From Alphaproteobacteria bacterium (GTDB taxonomy: Bacteria > Pseudomonadota > Alphaproteobacteria > UBA828): a stretch of DNA of 64,000 nucleotides. Below are positions 52,121 through 61,223 of the stretch, in pieces (within the stretch, counting starts at the first letter, position 1; each line of letters begins with the position of its first letter). Where the stretch lies: positions 32,001 through 96,000 of the forward strand of contig CAXXVO010000004.1 in the NCBI GenBank assembly GCA_963422645.2, read 5' to 3'. The notes below the pieces were generated by a model that was not told where the DNA came from, made no database searches, and saw only the letters and a program-made list of their open reading frames with translations. A program made the translations under genes and the position numbers.

Positions 52121-54454
52121 GTGATCCGGCCCGGCGACTACTGCGCCCATGGGCGGCTGTTCGCTCCGATGCCGCGCGTCGAGGCCGGCGCGGCCGGAGT
52201 TCTTTCCTTTCCGATCCCGGCGGTTCAGGTTCAGGCGCTGATCGCCGGCGCGGAACGTGCACCCTACGGTAGGGGCGAGGAGACCGTCGTAGACCGGTCG
52301 GTGCGCGATTGCCTGCAGATTGAGCCAGATGAGATCGGCGTCGGCGGGCGGACATGGGCCGAGACCTTCGGGGACGTTCTGGGTCGGGCGAGCGAAGGTC
52401 TCGGTTGTCCGGCGGACGCGGTCACGACAGGGCTGTACAAGCTTCTGGTTTATGAGACCGGCGGCTTCTTCGCGCCGCACCGGGATACGGAAAAGGCCGA
52501 CGGGATGGTGGCTACGCTGGTGATCTCGCTGCCTGTGGCCGGTTCCGGCGGAGAGTTGGTCATTCGCCACCAAGGCCGCGAAACCGTCGTCGACATGAGA
52601 ACCGAGGAACCGTCGGAACTGGTCTTCGCCGCCTTCTATGCCGATTGCGAGCACGAGATTCTGCCTGTCACGGACGGCCATCGCGTCTGCCTGGTCTACA
52701 ACTTGATGCTTCGGGCGGACGGCGGTATCGCGACCGAGGCGCCGGACTACGGCGCGGCGACCGAGGCCATCGCAACCGAGCTTGCGGTGAGGTGCCGGGA
52801 CCCGGGGGCCAGCGGGAAGCTGGTCTGGCTGCTGGAGCACGACTACAGCGCGGCAGGGCTTTCGTTCGGCACGCTGAAGAACGTCGATGCCGCGATCGGA
52901 CGAGTGCTGTCTTCGGCGGCGGAGCGCGCCGATTGCCTCGTGCACGCGGCGATCGTGCATATCGAGGAGACCGGCTCGGCGTCGTACTTCGGCTACGAGC
53001 GCGAGGTCGAGGACATCGCCGACGACGAGTACGAGTTGATCGAAATCCACGACATCGATTGCTGGCTTGACGGCTGGGCGCGTCCTGACGGCGAAGCGGG
53101 GGAGTATGGCGCGCTGCCGCTGCTTGCGGGTGAGCTGATGCCGCCGGGCAGGCTCGCCCCCGGGGTGCCAGACACACAGCGTCTGACCGAGGCCAGCGGC
53201 AACGCGGGAGCCACGATCGAACGTCTTTATTGCCGCGCTGCGCTGGTGGTCTGGCCCAAGGCCGACAGCGCGCGGGTTCTGGCGCAGGCCGGCGCGGGCT
53301 CGCTTGCGGCGTTTCTCGCTGGCGAGTGGCGACGCGCATCGGCTGACGTGCCGACAAGCGGTCCGATCCGAGACTTGGCGTCTCAGGCGGTGGACTTCTG
53401 GCCCCTGCCCTCGAGGCATCCCGCGCGATCGAAGCGCGAGGCGTGGGAGGGGCACACCAGCGAGACATTGGAGCTGCTGTGCTCGATCGGAAACAGGGAG
53501 GCGACGCTTCGCTTCTTGCGCGAGGTGGTGGTGCCGCATTACGGCGGCGGGCTGAACGGCGCGATCGTGACCGCGGCGGCGGAGATCGGTGCCGAAAAGA
53601 TGCGGGAATTGTTGTGCCCGCTCGTCGCATCCAACCTTTCCCGCCATGCGAAGGGCATCGTCGATCTGGGGGACCGGCTTTGCGCGCGGCTGGAGGATGG
53701 CGGCGATGAAGCATGGCGGGATGCGCTGCGGGAGATGGTCGTGGCCATGTGCACCGCGATGCCGACCGTTGGCGGGCCGTTGGACGGGAACGATCGAAAG
53801 GGAGCGCGTGTCCGCCCAACGCCGCTTGTGCCGGTAGCGTTGACGGCGGTCACGCTGGAACGGTTCTTCGCGCTGCTGTGGCGTTTCGGTCTGGACAGCG
53901 AGGCCGAGGCTGCGGCGCGGCTATTCATCGGGCGCCCGGATCTGGCCTCCCCGGATCGCATCGTACCGGCTCTTCTTGACGCGCTGCATTCGGCGACGGG
54001 TGCGAGGGGCGGGTCTGCCTTCGCCGCGCTGTGGCATCACGGGTCCGGGTTCCTGTTGTCGCGGAGCAGGCTGCCACCGGCACCGCCGGCGGACTGGGTC
54101 GTCGAGGCGGACGGTCTGTCTTGTGCGTGCGAGCATTGCGCGGAACTGCGCCGGTTCTGTGCCGCTCCGAATGCGGAGGTTGGACGCTTCGCCGTCCGGC
54201 AGGATCTGCGGGAGCACCTGCGGCATGAGATCAAGAGCGGCGGCATCGACATACGCTGCGAGACCGAGAGGCGGGGCAGGCCGTACACCCTTGTGTGCGT
54301 CAAGACACGCAGAGCATTCGAGAGGCGACTGCGGCAGTACGAAGAGGACATTGTCTGGATGCGCCGTCTTGTTGGGGCGGCGGAGGCTGTCCCGGGATCG
54401 GCCGACATCGCGGAGGCACTTCGAGCCGCGATCGGGCAGTCGGGGCTGCGCTGA
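52121..54454 (+). CDS. 2OG-Fe(II) oxygenase with a long C-terminal extension
   Basis: YKLLVYETGGFFAPHRDTEK (HxD), DCEHEILPVTDGHRVCLVYNL; C-terminal CACEHC; frame is open from 52013 without ATG, so the start is uncertain. Confidence 0.88.
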   Translation: MIRPGDYCAHGRLFAPMPRVEAGAAGVLSFPIPAVQVQALIAGAERAPYGRGEETVVDRSVRDCLQIEPDEIGVGGRTWAETFGDVLGRASEGLGCPADAVTTGLYKLLVYETGGFFAPHRDTEKADGMVATLVISLPVAGSGGELVIRHQGRETVVDMRTEEPSELVFAAFYADCEHEILPVTDGHRVCLVYNLMLRADGGIATEAPDYGAATEAIATELAVRCRDPGASGKLVWLLEHDYSAAGLSFGTLKNVDAAIGRVLSSAAERADCLVHAAIVHIEETGSASYFGYEREVEDIADDEYELIEIHDIDCWLDGWARPDGEAGEYGALPLLAGELMPPGRLAPGVPDTQRLTEASGNAGATIERLYCRAALVVWPKADSARVLAQAGAGSLAAFLAGEWRRASADVPTSGPIRDLASQAVDFWPLPSRHPARSKREAWEGHTSETLELLCSIGNREATLRFLREVVVPHYGGGLNGAIVTAAAEIGAEKMRELLCPLVASNLSRHAKGIVDLGDRLCARLEDGGDEAWRDALREMVVAMCTAMPTVGGPLDGNDRKGARVRPTPLVPVALTAVTLERFFALLWRFGLDSEAEAAARLFIGRPDLASPDRIVPALLDALHSATGARGGSAFAALWHHGSGFLLSRSRLPPAPPADWVVEADGLSCACEHCAELRRFCAAPNAEVGRFAVRQDLREHLRHEIKSGGIDIRCETERRGRPYTLVCVKTRRAFERRLRQYEEDIVWMRRLVGAAEAVPGSADIAEALRAAIGQSGLR

Positions 54455-54706
54455 GCGGACGAGGTGTCGGTAGTGCACCTTTGCCCGGCGCGTCGGTTAG
54501 ACGCCGATCGGCTCTGCGGCGAGTCAAGCCAAGGGCCTGACTTGAGCCACAGGGGCTGAACCCGGGCCGCGGTCGCGGCGGTCTGGAGCGTTCCGGTAGC
54601 CACGCCGGCAATCGCTTGGTGCGCTTCCAGGCTTCCAAGGGTGGCCGCAGGAGCGAGTTCGATCCGCCAACGCCAATTGTACGGGCGCCTGAAATGCACA
54701 GAGCTC

Positions 54707-55174
54707 CTAGAGCAGCTTGATGAGCGCGACGATAAGGGCCACGGCGCCAACCATCATCGCACCCAGGCGAATGATCATGCGCTGCTCCAGCTCGCGCATC
54801 TGGCCCCGCAGCGTTCCGATCTCGCCCCGCAGCGCCGCTTCGGTCTTCTCAAGGCCGCCCCGCAGCGCCGCTTCGGTCTTCTCAAGGTCCCCCCGCAGCG
54901 CCGCTTCGGTCTTCTCAAGGTCCCCCCGCAGCGCCGCTTCGGTCTTCTCAAGGTCCCCCCGCAGCGTTCCGATCTCGCCTCGCAGCGCGGCTTCGGACTT
55001 CTCGACTTCGGCCCGCAACGACGCTTCGGTGCTCTCCAGGTCGGCCTTGGTTGCCAGGGTCTCGGTCATGCCTTCGGCGAAGGTGTCGACCAGGATCGCG
55101 GCCTGCCTCTCGTCGAAGCCGCCTTCGTCGCGCAGCTTGCGCGCGGCCCTCAATGTGTCGAACGCCACTGACAT
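54707..55174 (-). CDS. DUF1640/CCDC90-like coiled-coil membrane protein
   Basis: AFDTL..L..GGFDERQA, LATKADL, C-terminal TM segment. Confidence 0.85.
   Translation of the reverse strand: MSVAFDTLRAARKLRDEGGFDERQAAILVDTFAEGMTETLATKADLESTEASLRAEVEKSEAALRGEIGTLRGDLEKTEAALRGDLEKTEAALRGDLEKTEAALRGGLEKTEAALRGEIGTLRGQMRELEQRMIIRLGAMMVGAVALIVALIKLL
54807..54980. repeat. In-frame tandem repeat: 4 x 33 bp flanked by two 21-bp units
   Basis: CGCAGCGCCGCTTCGGTCTTCTCAAGGTCCCCC starts at 54828, 54861, 54894 and 54927; encodes LEKTEAALRGD. Confidence 0.92.
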
Positions 55175-55349
55175 GCGCTCATCCTATCGGCGCCGGCGGC
55201 GGTTGCAACCATCGGCGCGGCCGCGACGGCCGCGGCGATCCCGACCGGCTCTTCCGAAGGCGGGCAGCTCGGCGGTGACGGCGGCGCGTCCGGTGACGGG
55301 CGGGGCGGCTTGCTTCCGGCGCGGGTCTGCCGCGCGCGCCGGCGAGATG

Positions 55350-55632
55350 TGACCTGCCCCCGTCGACTGGTCCGGTTTGAATGTTAGTGCATTGACGGTT
55401 TCTCGGCCAAGCTGGATGGCCGGCGGAGCGTAGCGGAGCCGGGCGGCCAGCTTGGCGTGACGATCGTTTCCGGGGCCGGCGGCCGGTATCCCAGGCTGCT
55501 GTGTGGGCGTATGGCGTTGTAATGGCGCCGCCAGGATTCGATGAGAACCTGGGCTTCCTTGAGGGTATAGAAGATCTCCCCGTTCAGGAGCTCGTCGCGC
55601 AGCCGCGCGTTGAAGCTCTCGATATAGCCGTT
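55350..55632 (-). mobile_element. IS3-family (IS407-like) right-end relic
   Basis: [36 protein letters not shown]; end TGACCTGCCCCCG. Confidence 0.88.
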
Positions 55633-55684
55633 ATCGTCGATTGACGAATGCAAACGCCGGCGTTCCGTCGTTACATCCGCATGA

Positions 55685-57455
55685 TTTGCCGTGAAACAGA
55701 TTCTGGCGAGGGACGCGCGGTGACGCTCCAACCCCGAGGTCACGGCGTTGGCTGAGACCGCCAGGGTCGGCGCGGCGGAGACGAGCGGTGGACTTCCCCG
55801 ATGTGGTCCGAAGCGGTCCCGCGTAGCCGGCTGACGAGATGCGGGCCGCTCAGGCGGCCTTGAGTTCCGCGCCTACGGGCTCGATGTAGCCGTAGCGGCG
55901 GAGCATGCGGATCCACCGAGGAGCGTTGCGCTTGACCATCAGAGCGTCGTAGTCGGCCGTGCGGTCGTAGTAGGGCCTGCCGGTCTTGAGCACCACATAG
56001 ATGATGCGCAGCATCTTGTGAGCGCCGGCGACGATGGCGCGCTTGTAGCCGCGCCGGGCGGCGAGGGCGCGGTGATGAGCCTCGAACTGGCACCCCTTGG
56101 TTCGGGCCGCGCCGTGGGCACACTCGACGAGGCAGGCGCGCAGGGTCTTGGAGCCCATGCGGGTGCGTGCGTTGCGGCGCTTGCCCCCGCTCTCGTTGTT
56201 GCCGGGGCAGAGCCCGGCCCAGGCGGCGAAGTGCTCCTTGGAGGCGAACACGCCGATGTCGGGGCCGATCTCGATGAGGATGGTCGAGGCGGCGGTGCGG
56301 TCGATGCCGGGGATGGTGGTCAGCAGACGGAGCTGCTCCTCCCACGGTGTCATCTGCCCGTCGATCTTCCTGGTGTAGGACGCGATGCGCGCCTCAAGCG
56401 CGTCATGCTCCTCCAGCAGGTCGTTGAGCATGAAGCGGTCGTTGTCGCCCAGGCTCAGGGTGAGCGCCTCGCCGAGCCCCTCCAGCTTGTTCGCAACGTG
56501 GCTGGTGAGCGAGGCGAGGATGACCTCGCGCGCCGTCCCCTGCGCCAGGCCGTCGAGGATCTTCCGGCCGTTGACGCCGAAGACGTCGGAGAGGATGCCG
56601 CCGATGCGCGCACCGGCGCGGTCGATGATCTTCTGCACGCGGTTGCGCACGGCGGAGCGCTGCCTGACCAGGACGCGGCGCTGGCGGCTCAGTGCGCGCA
56701 GCTCCCGGAACGGCTCAGGCGGAACGTGGGAAGGCGTGCAGAGCCCGAACTGGCACACGCAGGCCAGCCACACGCTGTCCGCCACGTCGGTCTTGCGCCC
56801 CTTCAACTGCTTCACCTGACGCGCATGCACCAGGATCGCCTCGAGCCCGGCCGCCTCCAGGGCCGCGAAGGGCGCCTGCCAGTAGACCCCGGTCCCTTCC
56901 ATCACCGCAGCCTCGACGCCGTGACCGGTCAGCCACGCGACCATCTCCTCCAGACCGCTCGGCAGCGTGCCGAAGCAGCGCGTCTCCACCACCGGCTCAC
57001 CCTCGCCCTCACAGAGGCGAACCGTCGCGGTGATCTCCATCTTGTGCACGTCCAGACCCGCCGCGCGCGGCCGGACGACGTGCAAGCCTTCCGTCTTCAT
57101 CGCCTTCCTCCTCATTTGCGCTCTCGCCACGGCGGCGTACGATCACGCCGTGGCATCGCCACGGTGGAGGCGGGGACAGCGGTCGGAAGAACACGCATCC
57201 GACGAGCGGGTGCGGTGCAATTTGCCGCGCGTCCACGGCCACGGGCCGGGTACAATACGGGGTGCGGAGCCGGCCGCCGGAAGCAGTTTTGTCATCGGGA
57301 ACTACGTCACCGATATAACGACGCTCACACGTCCCCACCTCCGCCAATACCCATCCTGACACGGCAAATGGGTGCAAGCGCAAGGAAAACGTCAGCCGAA
57401 CCGCTCCTGTTTCATGCCACGGGGTGGCTCAGAACCGCGGGGACCATGACTGTTT
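55685..57455 (-). mobile_element. IS110-family element, copy 2 (inverted)
   Basis: Same length and identical ORF translations as 46376-48146. Confidence 0.93.
55850..57100 (-). CDS. IS110-family recombinase (identical to 46731-47981)
   Basis: Identical translation. Confidence 0.95.
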   Translation of the reverse strand: MKTEGLHVVRPRAAGLDVHKMEITATVRLCEGEGEPVVETRCFGTLPSGLEEMVAWLTGHGVEAAVMEGTGVYWQAPFAALEAAGLEAILVHARQVKQLKGRKTDVADSVWLACVCQFGLCTPSHVPPEPFRELRALSRQRRVLVRQRSAVRNRVQKIIDRAGARIGGILSDVFGVNGRKILDGLAQGTAREVILASLTSHVANKLEGLGEALTLSLGDNDRFMLNDLLEEHDALEARIASYTRKIDGQMTPWEEQLRLLTTIPGIDRTAASTILIEIGPDIGVFASKEHFAAWAGLCPGNNESGGKRRNARTRMGSKTLRACLVECAHGAARTKGCQFEAHHRALAARRGYKRAIVAGAHKMLRIIYVVLKTGRPYYDRTADYDALMVKRNAPRWIRMLRRYGYIEPVGAELKAA

Positions 57456-57601
57456 TGTTGAGGTAACCCACCCCTTCCATCCATGGCTGGGTTGTCAATC
57501 GGCTTTCAATACTGACCCCCGATTGGAGTGGGCCCCTGGGGTCGGACAGGTGGACTGAAATGATTTGACCGGTGCGCCGGGCATTCGAAGGATCGACGCC
57601 C

Positions 57602-57961
57602 ATGGCCAAGCACCGAACCCATCGCACCCATAGCATCGCCTTCAAGCGCCAGGTCGTTCAGGAGTATCTCGCCGGTGAGACCCTCCACGGCCTGGCCCGC
57701 CGCCATGACCTCTCCCGCACCCTGATCAGGATCTGGGTGGACAAGTACGAGGCCGGCACCTTCGACGAGGACGCCGAGGCGGCTGACACGATCCAGGAAT
57801 ACGAGGCCCGGATCGCGGCGCTCGAGCGCCTGGTCGGCAAGCAGGCCCTGGAGCTCGAGTTTCTAAAGGGGGCTCAGCGGCACGGACGACGGCCGAGAAA
57901 CGCGCCCATGTCCGTCATCACCGGCCCCAAGGTCTCTCCGTCGCAGAAGGATGCCGACTGA
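57602..57961 (+). CDS. IS3 OrfA
   Basis: HSIAFKRQVV..LARRHDLSRTLIRIWV..IAALERLVGKQALELEFLK. Confidence 0.9.
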   Translation: MAKHRTHRTHSIAFKRQVVQEYLAGETLHGLARRHDLSRTLIRIWVDKYEAGTFDEDAEAADTIQEYEARIAALERLVGKQALELEFLKGAQRHGRRPRNAPMSVITGPKVSPSQKDAD

Positions 57962-58755
57962 TGGGGATCGCGCGTTCTACCTACTACCGCGCTTCGGGCG
58001 GCTCGGCCGACGACACCGCGCTGGTGGAGGCCATGCACGCGATCAAGGAGGAGTTCGAGGCATACGGCTGGCGGCGCATGCAGGCGGCGCTGAGGCATCG
58101 CGGCTGGGTCGTGAACCACAAGAAGATCAAGCGCCTGATGCGCCAGCACGCCTTGCATCCGCCGCGCCGGCGCCGCTTCGTCGCCACCACGGACAGCGAC
58201 CACGACGAGCCCGTCTTCCCCGATCGCTCCAGGGAGCGCGAGGTCGATGGCCCGAACCAGCTCTGGGTCGCCGACCTGACATACATCGCCATCCTCGGCG
58301 GCTTCGTCTATCTGGCGGCGATCATGGATGCGTGGTCGCGGCGCATCGTGGGCTACGCCCTCGGCCGACGGATCGATGCCCGGCTGACCCTTGCGGCGCT
58401 CACGACGGCGATCGAGAACCGCCATCCGCCACCCGGCTGCGTCCATCACTCCGATAGAGGCTCGCAATACGCCGCCCAGGCCTACAGGGCCCTGCTCGAC
58501 GAACACGGCCTGGTCGGCTCGATGGGGCGCCGCGGCAATCCCTACGACAACGCGATGATGGAGAGCTTCATGAAGACGCTGAAGGTCGAGGGCGTCTACC
58601 CCATGGCCTTCGAGAGCGCGGAAGACGTGGCGGAGCACCTGCCGCGCTTCATCGACAGCTACAACGAGAGACGCCTACACTCCGCCCTCGGCTATCTCAG
58701 CCCCAACCGCTTCGAGGAGAAACAACCCCGCACCCCGGTCAAAACCGCCGCATGA
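57961..58755 (+). CDS. IS3 OrfB DDE integrase core
   Basis: LWVADLTYI, HHSDRGSQY, YDNAMMESFMKTLKVE. Confidence 0.95.
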   Translation: MGIARSTYYRASGGSADDTALVEAMHAIKEEFEAYGWRRMQAALRHRGWVVNHKKIKRLMRQHALHPPRRRRFVATTDSDHDEPVFPDRSREREVDGPNQLWVADLTYIAILGGFVYLAAIMDAWSRRIVGYALGRRIDARLTLAALTTAIENRHPPPGCVHHSDRGSQYAAQAYRALLDEHGLVGSMGRRGNPYDNAMMESFMKTLKVEGVYPMAFESAEDVAEHLPRFIDSYNERRLHSALGYLSPNRFEEKQPRTPVKTAA

Positions 58756-58957
58756 AACTGTCCGACCCCAGGGGCCCACTCCAGATCGGCGTGCAAAATT
58801 GACCCCCCTGAGTGGCACGGCGGAGGTTGTCCCGGTAGCCAATAGGGGGGACCCGCGCGGCTTCGTGTGGCGCCCTGCGCTACGCGGAGCGAAGCCGCGT
58901 GGGGGGTCCCTGTTGGCCCACCGGGGCAACCGGGCCGCAAGGGAGGCCGGCGGCGGG

Positions 58958-59686
58958 TCAGGAGCGGTTCTTGAAGCGCCAGCTCTCGTTGCCGGTCTCG
59001 ATGATCTCGCAATGATGGGTGAGGCGATCGAGCAGCGCTGTGGTCATCTTGGGGTCGCCGAAGACGGATGGCCATTCGCCGAAGGCGAGGTTTGTGGTGA
59101 TGACGATCGAGGTGCGCTCGTAGAGCCGGCTCATCAGATGGAAGAGCAGCTGCCCACCGGCCTGGGCGAAGGGCAGGTAGCCGAGCTCGTCGAGGATGAC
59201 GAAGTCGCGGCGGACGAGCTGGTCTGCAGTGCGGCCCTGGCGTCCGGCGCGAAGCTCGGCCTCGAGGAGGTTGACCAGGTCGACGACGTTGTAGCACCGG
59301 CCGCGCGCGCCCTTGCGGATGCAGGACCGCGCGATGGCGACGGCGAGATGGGTCTTGCCGGTACCGGTGCCGCCGACCAGCACGATGTTGCGTTTGCCCT
59401 CGAGGAAGCCGCCGCCGGCGAGCTCCTGGATCAGGGGCTCGTTGACCGGCGAGGCGGCGAAGTCGAAGTCGGCCAGCTCCTTGACCGTCGGCAGCTTGGC
59501 GGAGGCCATCTGGTACTTGATCGAGCGGGCCCTCTTGTCGGCGATCTCGACCTGCAGCAGCGTACCGATGATCTGTTGCACCGGATGGCGGCGCTTGAGC
59601 CCGTCGGCAAGGATGTCGTCGTAAGCGGCGCGCATACCTGCGAGCTTCAGCTGGGTCATCATCTCCAGCACATCATGACGCTCCAT
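58958..59686 (-). CDS. istB: IS21 helper ATPase
   Basis: [27 protein letters not shown]. Confidence 0.95.
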   Translation of the reverse strand: MERHDVLEMMTQLKLAGMRAAYDDILADGLKRRHPVQQIIGTLLQVEIADKRARSIKYQMASAKLPTVKELADFDFAASPVNEPLIQELAGGGFLEGKRNIVLVGGTGTGKTHLAVAIARSCIRKGARGRCYNVVDLVNLLEAELRAGRQGRTADQLVRRDFVILDELGYLPFAQAGGQLLFHLMSRLYERTSIVITTNLAFGEWPSVFGDPKMTTALLDRLTHHCEIIETGNESWRFKNRS

Positions 59687-59850
59687 GACCGGCCTCCCTC
59701 AGGCTGTCGTAGCGCTGACAGTCGGCTACCGGCTTGTGGCGAAGCTGCAGGCCCTCGGGCGTCGGGATGATTGCCGGCGGTGCCGGCTGGCGCTGCCGGG
59801 CGAGGATGTTGAGCACCACGTCGGCGCTGCAGGCACCGCAGTCGAGCGTC
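59673..59850 (-). pseudogene. istA: IS21 transposase C-terminal fragment
   Basis: [26 protein letters not shown]. Confidence 0.8.
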
Positions 59851-60008
59851 TCGGCACACCCCGAGCGCTTCAGGTGGGCGCCGACCGCATCGCGGAGCTT
59901 GTCGTCGAGAGGTGTCATGCGGGCGAACGTAATTGGAACTACCGCCGTTGATAATTGTCTTGGTTAGGGAATATCCTGCGCCACGCGGCATCCACGCAAG
60001 GAGCGGCC

Positions 60009-60677
60009 ATGCAACCCGACACCCCGCGAGAGAACCTCAAAGAGGCCCTTTGGAAGAACGGCGCCTCGCTCGCCGAAGCCTCCCTCGCCATCGGCAGGAA
60101 CAAGGCCTACCTCCAGCAGTACCTCGCAAGAGGCATGCCCCGGGTGCTCTCGTTCCGCGACTCCGAAACGCTCGGCGAGCTGCTCGGGTGCGACCCCGCC
60201 CGGCTCCGCCACGACGCGCTGCCCGCCCCGAAACCATGGACCGGACCGAAGCGCCGGCGCACCGCCGGCGCCTCGGTGCCCGAGATGGAGGTCGAGGCCG
60301 CCGCCGGCCCCGGCGCCTGGCACGAGGACTTCGTCCACGAGAAGGCCCGGTGGCGCCTGCCCGAGGCCATGGTCCGCCACGAGGGCGACGCCGACCCCGA
60401 GGCGGTGCGCATCCTCCGGGTGCGCGGCAACTCCATGGAGCCCGAGCTCCGCGAAGGCGACCGCCTCGTCGTCGACACCGCGCGCCGCGTCCCCGCCGCC
60501 GGCGAGCTCTTCGTGCTCTGGGACGGCGCCGGGCTCGTGGTCAAGCGCATCGACGCGCTCACCGCCAAGGGCACGCTCCACCTCGTCTCCGCCCACCCCG
60601 ACTACCCGCCCTACGAACGCCCGGCCGACGAGGTCCACATCGTCGGCAAGGTGCTGTGGAAGATCGTGCGCGCCTGA
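60009..60677 (+). CDS. Phage-repressor-like HTH + S24 peptidase regulator
   Basis: SLAEASLAIGRNKAYLQQYL HTH, VRGNSMEP (catalytic Ser), VVKR (catalytic Lys); AAGGAG RBS. Confidence 0.9.
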   Translation: MQPDTPRENLKEALWKNGASLAEASLAIGRNKAYLQQYLARGMPRVLSFRDSETLGELLGCDPARLRHDALPAPKPWTGPKRRRTAGASVPEMEVEAAAGPGAWHEDFVHEKARWRLPEAMVRHEGDADPEAVRILRVRGNSMEPELREGDRLVVDTARRVPAAGELFVLWDGAGLVVKRIDALTAKGTLHLVSAHPDYPPYERPADEVHIVGKVLWKIVRA

Positions 60678-61223
60678 ACGCGCGCCAGGAGCATCGGCGC
60701 GCTCCGCCGCCGCGCCGGGAAGCGCGGGCGCCGACGGCCTCATCTCGAGGCGCCGCGCGGAACGAGCACGGTCTCCCGGGGCGCATCGCCTTCCACGGCC
60801 GCCCGCCACTGCGCGAATCCGTCCGTCCGTCCGCGGGCGCCCGCCGGCGAAGATGCGGGCGGCGCAGGCGGCAACAACCGGACGACATTCGCCAGGGTCG
60901 TCAGCAGGGACCCGGTCGCGCGGCGCAATGCCCGGTTCCCGCGCTCCGGGGCATCGAGCCGTTCGCGGTCGCCCCGGATCGGCCCACCGCCCCTCACCAG
61001 CGGATCGCTGGATGAATCTCAGGGATAAGCAGGTTTGTATTTGGTATAAGGGCGCGATAGCGCCGCGGTGAACGCACCGGCGTCGAGAGGCATGTGATGG
61101 GTACTCGGAGAACGAGCGGACAGGTGAACGGCCCTGGGCATATGGCCGATGCACGGGCATCGTTCCCTCGGGGAGGCTCGACGGGGCCGGCATTGGAAGC
61201 GCCCGCGCAAGGGGCATGTCGTC

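Larger units (their letters stand above)
55632..57492 (+). pseudogene. DUF5372-like ORF fragment split by IS110 copy 2 and cut by IS21
   Basis: Removing the IS110 gives YRRLTNANAGVPSLHPHDFVEVTHPFHPWLG (THPFHP motif). Confidence 0.65.
57524..58783 (+). mobile_element. Complete IS3-family element (1260 bp)
   Basis: Perfect 26-bp TIR TGGAGTGGGCCCCTGGGGTCGGACAG; 3-bp TSD GAT. Confidence 0.95.
57493..59850 (-). mobile_element. IS21-family element, 5'-truncated, right end interrupted by IS3
   Basis: Reconstituted end TGTCAATCGGCTTTCAATACTGACCCCCGATCGGCGTGCAAAATTGACCCC. Confidence 0.85.

Noticed and set aside
54807-54980. CRISPR-like 33-bp repeats
   Set aside because: Contiguous with no spacers, in frame within a CDS, and no cas genes
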